This document shows positions 62,901 to 64,000 of a stretch of DNA of 64,000 nt, in pieces. Numbering within the stretch: the stretch's first letter is position 1; every line of letters begins with the position of its first letter. This DNA comes from Diadema antillarum. Taxonomy: Eukaryota. The stretch covers positions 310,001-374,000 of the forward strand of contig NW_027272009.1 of the NCBI RefSeq assembly GCF_040938485.1, written 5' to 3'. Below the pieces are notes generated by a model. That model ran no database searches and had not been told where the DNA came from. It saw only the letters and a list, made by a program, of their open reading frames with translations. Made by a program: the position numbers and the translations under genes.

Positions 62901-63574
62901 ACAACTTGTTGACCATATACTTGGTCATTTTTGACATGCAATAATGTATCATTATATAGAGGGTGGGGGTGGGGGTTAACCCTGACAATCTTTGACCTTG
63001 TCGCAATCAGTTCTACCAGTTTAAGATAGCTGTTTGTTGGTCATTCGTTCACCTGCACATAGGGCTGCCAGATGCCAGTAAAGTTGATTGCCATACTGTT
63101 TTTTTTTTTTTCTTGACATTGATTCTTTTGCACTGCTGTTAACAAGACATTTGTTTGAATTCTTATATGTGCATAATACTGCTAACAGTTACGAGTATTA
63201 TGCACAAATAAGAATTTAAAAAATGTCTTGGTATATCATCTAGGTATATTTATGAGAACAAATTGTACTAATGTGCAATAAACCGTGATTGTTCTCACCA
63301 GCCACCGACACTGTATAAAGAAAAGGGGGAGCTTTGCAACAGAAATATGTGTAGTTTCTGTGGTTATAACAGATCTTTTGTATCAATTCTTGGTAAATGA
63401 GAGCAATGTATGAAAAAGTTAGACAATCCACTTTCTTTTTCTTCAGTGAAATGCTCTAAGTGTACGTTCTTGTCACATTCCAGACATTCCAACCTGATCC
63501 TGAACTTGTTCTCTCTCATGGTGGACGCCAGTGTCCCTGACATAGCTCTGGAACCCGACAAGACCGTCAAGAAG
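47306..63574 (+). CDS. PIK3C3: Phosphatidylinositol 3-kinase catalytic subunit type 3 (Vps34); 17 coding exons in window, 3' end beyond window
   Basis: Spliced translation [36 protein letters not shown]... gives the C2 domain, the helical domain ([29 protein letters not shown]) and the kinase domain ([30 protein letters not shown]). All introns are GT-AG with consistent phases. Confidence 0.98.
48492..48680 (+). CDS. PIK3C3: PIK3C3 exon 2 (GTLEGKRE...AFTTRW)
   Basis: ctctgcag| ... AA|gtaagt, 189 nt. Confidence 0.96.
49534..49591 (+). CDS. PIK3C3: PIK3C3 exon 3 ([19 protein letters not shown])
   Basis: gcctttcag| ... CAG|gtaagc, 58 nt. Confidence 0.94.
50016..50101 (+). CDS. PIK3C3: PIK3C3 exon 4 ([29 protein letters not shown])
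   Basis: gctgtag| ... GG|gtatgt, 86 nt. Confidence 0.94.
50696..50906 (+). CDS. PIK3C3: PIK3C3 exon 5 ([13 protein letters not shown]...FREIEMINE)
   Basis: atcacag| ... GAG|gtaaac, 211 nt. Confidence 0.96.
51859..51954 (+). CDS. PIK3C3: PIK3C3 exon 6 ([15 protein letters not shown]...VYYEK)
   Basis: ctttgaag| (AAG acceptor) ... AAG|gtgagt, 96 nt. Confidence 0.93.
52654..52725 (+). CDS. PIK3C3: PIK3C3 exon 7 ([24 protein letters not shown])
   Basis: ctctccag| ... ATG|gtgaga, 72 nt. Confidence 0.92.
53727..53831 (+). CDS. PIK3C3: PIK3C3 exon 8 ([14 protein letters not shown]...TRDQLN)
   Basis: cttatag| ... AAT|gtgagt, 105 nt. Confidence 0.95.
53890..54070. repeat. (GAT)n microsatellite and degenerate extension
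   Basis: Direct inspection. Confidence 0.85.
54334..54612 (+). CDS. PIK3C3: PIK3C3 exon 9 ([16 protein letters not shown]...RLRQANDE)
   Basis: ttctgcag| ... GAG|gtgagt, 279 nt. Confidence 0.96.
54623..55120. mobile_element. Intronic MITE starting just after the PIK3C3 exon 9 donor
   Basis: CCCCATGC...GCATGGGG ends, repeated AAAATAGGGG motifs, 13-bp triple tandem at 54691-54730. Confidence 0.5.
55907..56049 (+). CDS. PIK3C3: PIK3C3 exon 10 ([18 protein letters not shown]...VVRE)
   Basis: atgtag| ... AG|gtagtc; phase 2 exit fits the next exon; 3' boundary less certain. Confidence 0.88.
56152..56382 (+). mobile_element. tRNA-derived SINE (SURF/SINE2-like) with (TAATC)n tail
   Basis: B box GGTTCGAGTCC at 56206-56216, body motif ggcaaggcac..atc, TAATC repeat tail. 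Confidence 0.7.
56585..56659 (-). pseudogene. tRNA-like module within a 270-bp unit bounded by 24-bp direct repeats
   Basis: GGTAGCTCGGTGGTCTAGTGG...AGGTTCGAAATCC (A and B boxes); direct repeats at 56457-56480 and 56727-56750. Confidence 0.55.
57520..57628 (+). CDS. PIK3C3: PIK3C3 exon 11 (variable Pro/acidic linker [36 protein letters not shown])
   Basis: tcttggtag| ... GAG|gtatgt; phases 2 to 0 bridge exons 10 and 12; position matches the poorly conserved helical-domain insert. Confidence 0.75.
58096..58330. mobile_element. Kolobok-like MITE fragment with internal inverted repeat
   Basis: TTAAAG start; 58129-58168 is approximately the reverse complement of 58242-58281. Confidence 0.5.
58521..58694 (+). 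CDS. PIK3C3: PIK3C3 exon 12 ([12 protein letters not shown]...FSQALSK)
   Basis: catacag| ... AAG|gtacgt, 174 nt. Confidence 0.95.
59646..59762 (+). CDS. PIK3C3: PIK3C3 exon 13 ([12 protein letters not shown]...ENGNRKKK)
   Basis: aaacag| ... AAG|gtaaaa, 117 nt. Confidence 0.93.
60356..60622 (+). CDS. PIK3C3: PIK3C3 exon 14 (IERLQALL...[23 protein letters not shown])
   Basis: ctctccag| ... CAG|gtatgg, 267 nt; contains the catalytic Lys. Confidence 0.96.
61546..61680 (+). CDS. PIK3C3: PIK3C3 exon 15 ([31 protein letters not shown]...EGNIQ)
   Basis: cttacag| ... CAA|gtgagt, 135 nt; hinge region. Confidence 0.96.
61810..62250 (+). repeat. Three diverged ~165-bp tandem units (fragment of a HINE-like core array)
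   Basis: Recurring ttcatctt...gctg..ttt..caaa...atcat..ttt(g)cacaaa..ggtggtg at about 61815, 61978 and 62136. Confidence 0.6.
62484..62812 (+). CDS. PIK3C3: PIK3C3 exon 16 (NFFRKHAP...GDRHLDN...DFG...HLR)
   Basis: ttcaacag| ... AG|gtaggg, 329 nt; DRH and DFG motifs intact. Confidence 0.97.
63484..63574 (+). CDS. PIK3C3: PIK3C3 exon 17 ([30 protein letters not shown])
   Basis: cattccag| ... AAG|gtaagc, 91 nt. Confidence 0.96.
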
Positions 63575-64000
63575 GTAAGCACCATGCGGCATAAAGCCAA
63601 ATCTGACTTGTCGGGGCACCTCTCTGTTGGCCCGCTGAGCACAAATTTTTGCATGAAGTGAAAATGTTGTCTTATTAAAGTGCATATTATGTCGACAAGC
63701 AAGTACATGTAGTCACGACTCACAGTTGATTCTTTGAATGTGGAATGGAAAGTTATAGTCTGGTACCTCTTCAAAATAAAAGGGCCCAGTTTACACAACT
63801 GTCTTGTATGGTTCAAATCAATGAATTCTTGTGTTGAGTTGCATTCTATTGCAACTACAGTTCAACCTCGATTATCCGGTCATGTCAGGACCGGCGCTCA
63901 TCCGGATAAACGAATTGGCCGGATATGGGAGACACAATGTTAATGTATATAGCTGCCGTCCAAGCTGCCGTCCCAGTGAACTTGCAGCTAGGCAGGTAGC

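Noticed and set aside
63364-63816. 150-aa minus-strand ORF
   Set aside because: Antisense to PIK3C3 exon 17 plus intron; no independent coding signal

Overview
AT-rich, repeat-dense eukaryotic DNA from an invertebrate deuterostome, most likely a sea urchin. That assignment is inferred from the intron positions, a Tsp/pearl-like element, tRNA-derived SINEs and the MITE complement. The one firmly identified gene is PIK3C3/Vps34 (class III PI 3-kinase) on the + strand: 17 coding exons were reconstructed from 47306 to 63574 with intact phase, and the last exon(s) lie beyond the window. A divergent, unidentified minus-strand gene probably starts at 43600. Weaker evidence suggests a second divergent promoter near 24 kb. 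The rest is intron or intergenic sequence filled with non-autonomous DNA transposons (TA-, TTAA-, CWG-, 5-bp- and 6-bp-TSD types, long foldbacks, Helentron/HINE-like elements), tRNA-derived sequences, a decayed tyrosine-recombinase retroelement, microsatellites and three N gaps. No CRISPR array, rRNA, functional tRNA or intact transposase was found. The most notable observations are an Ala at the Vps34 gatekeeper position plus Cys next to the catalytic Lys, tRNA-like modules inside non-SINE elements, a 4.6-kb foldback carrying nested cargo, and roughly 8-9-fold enrichment of the palindrome TACATGTA.
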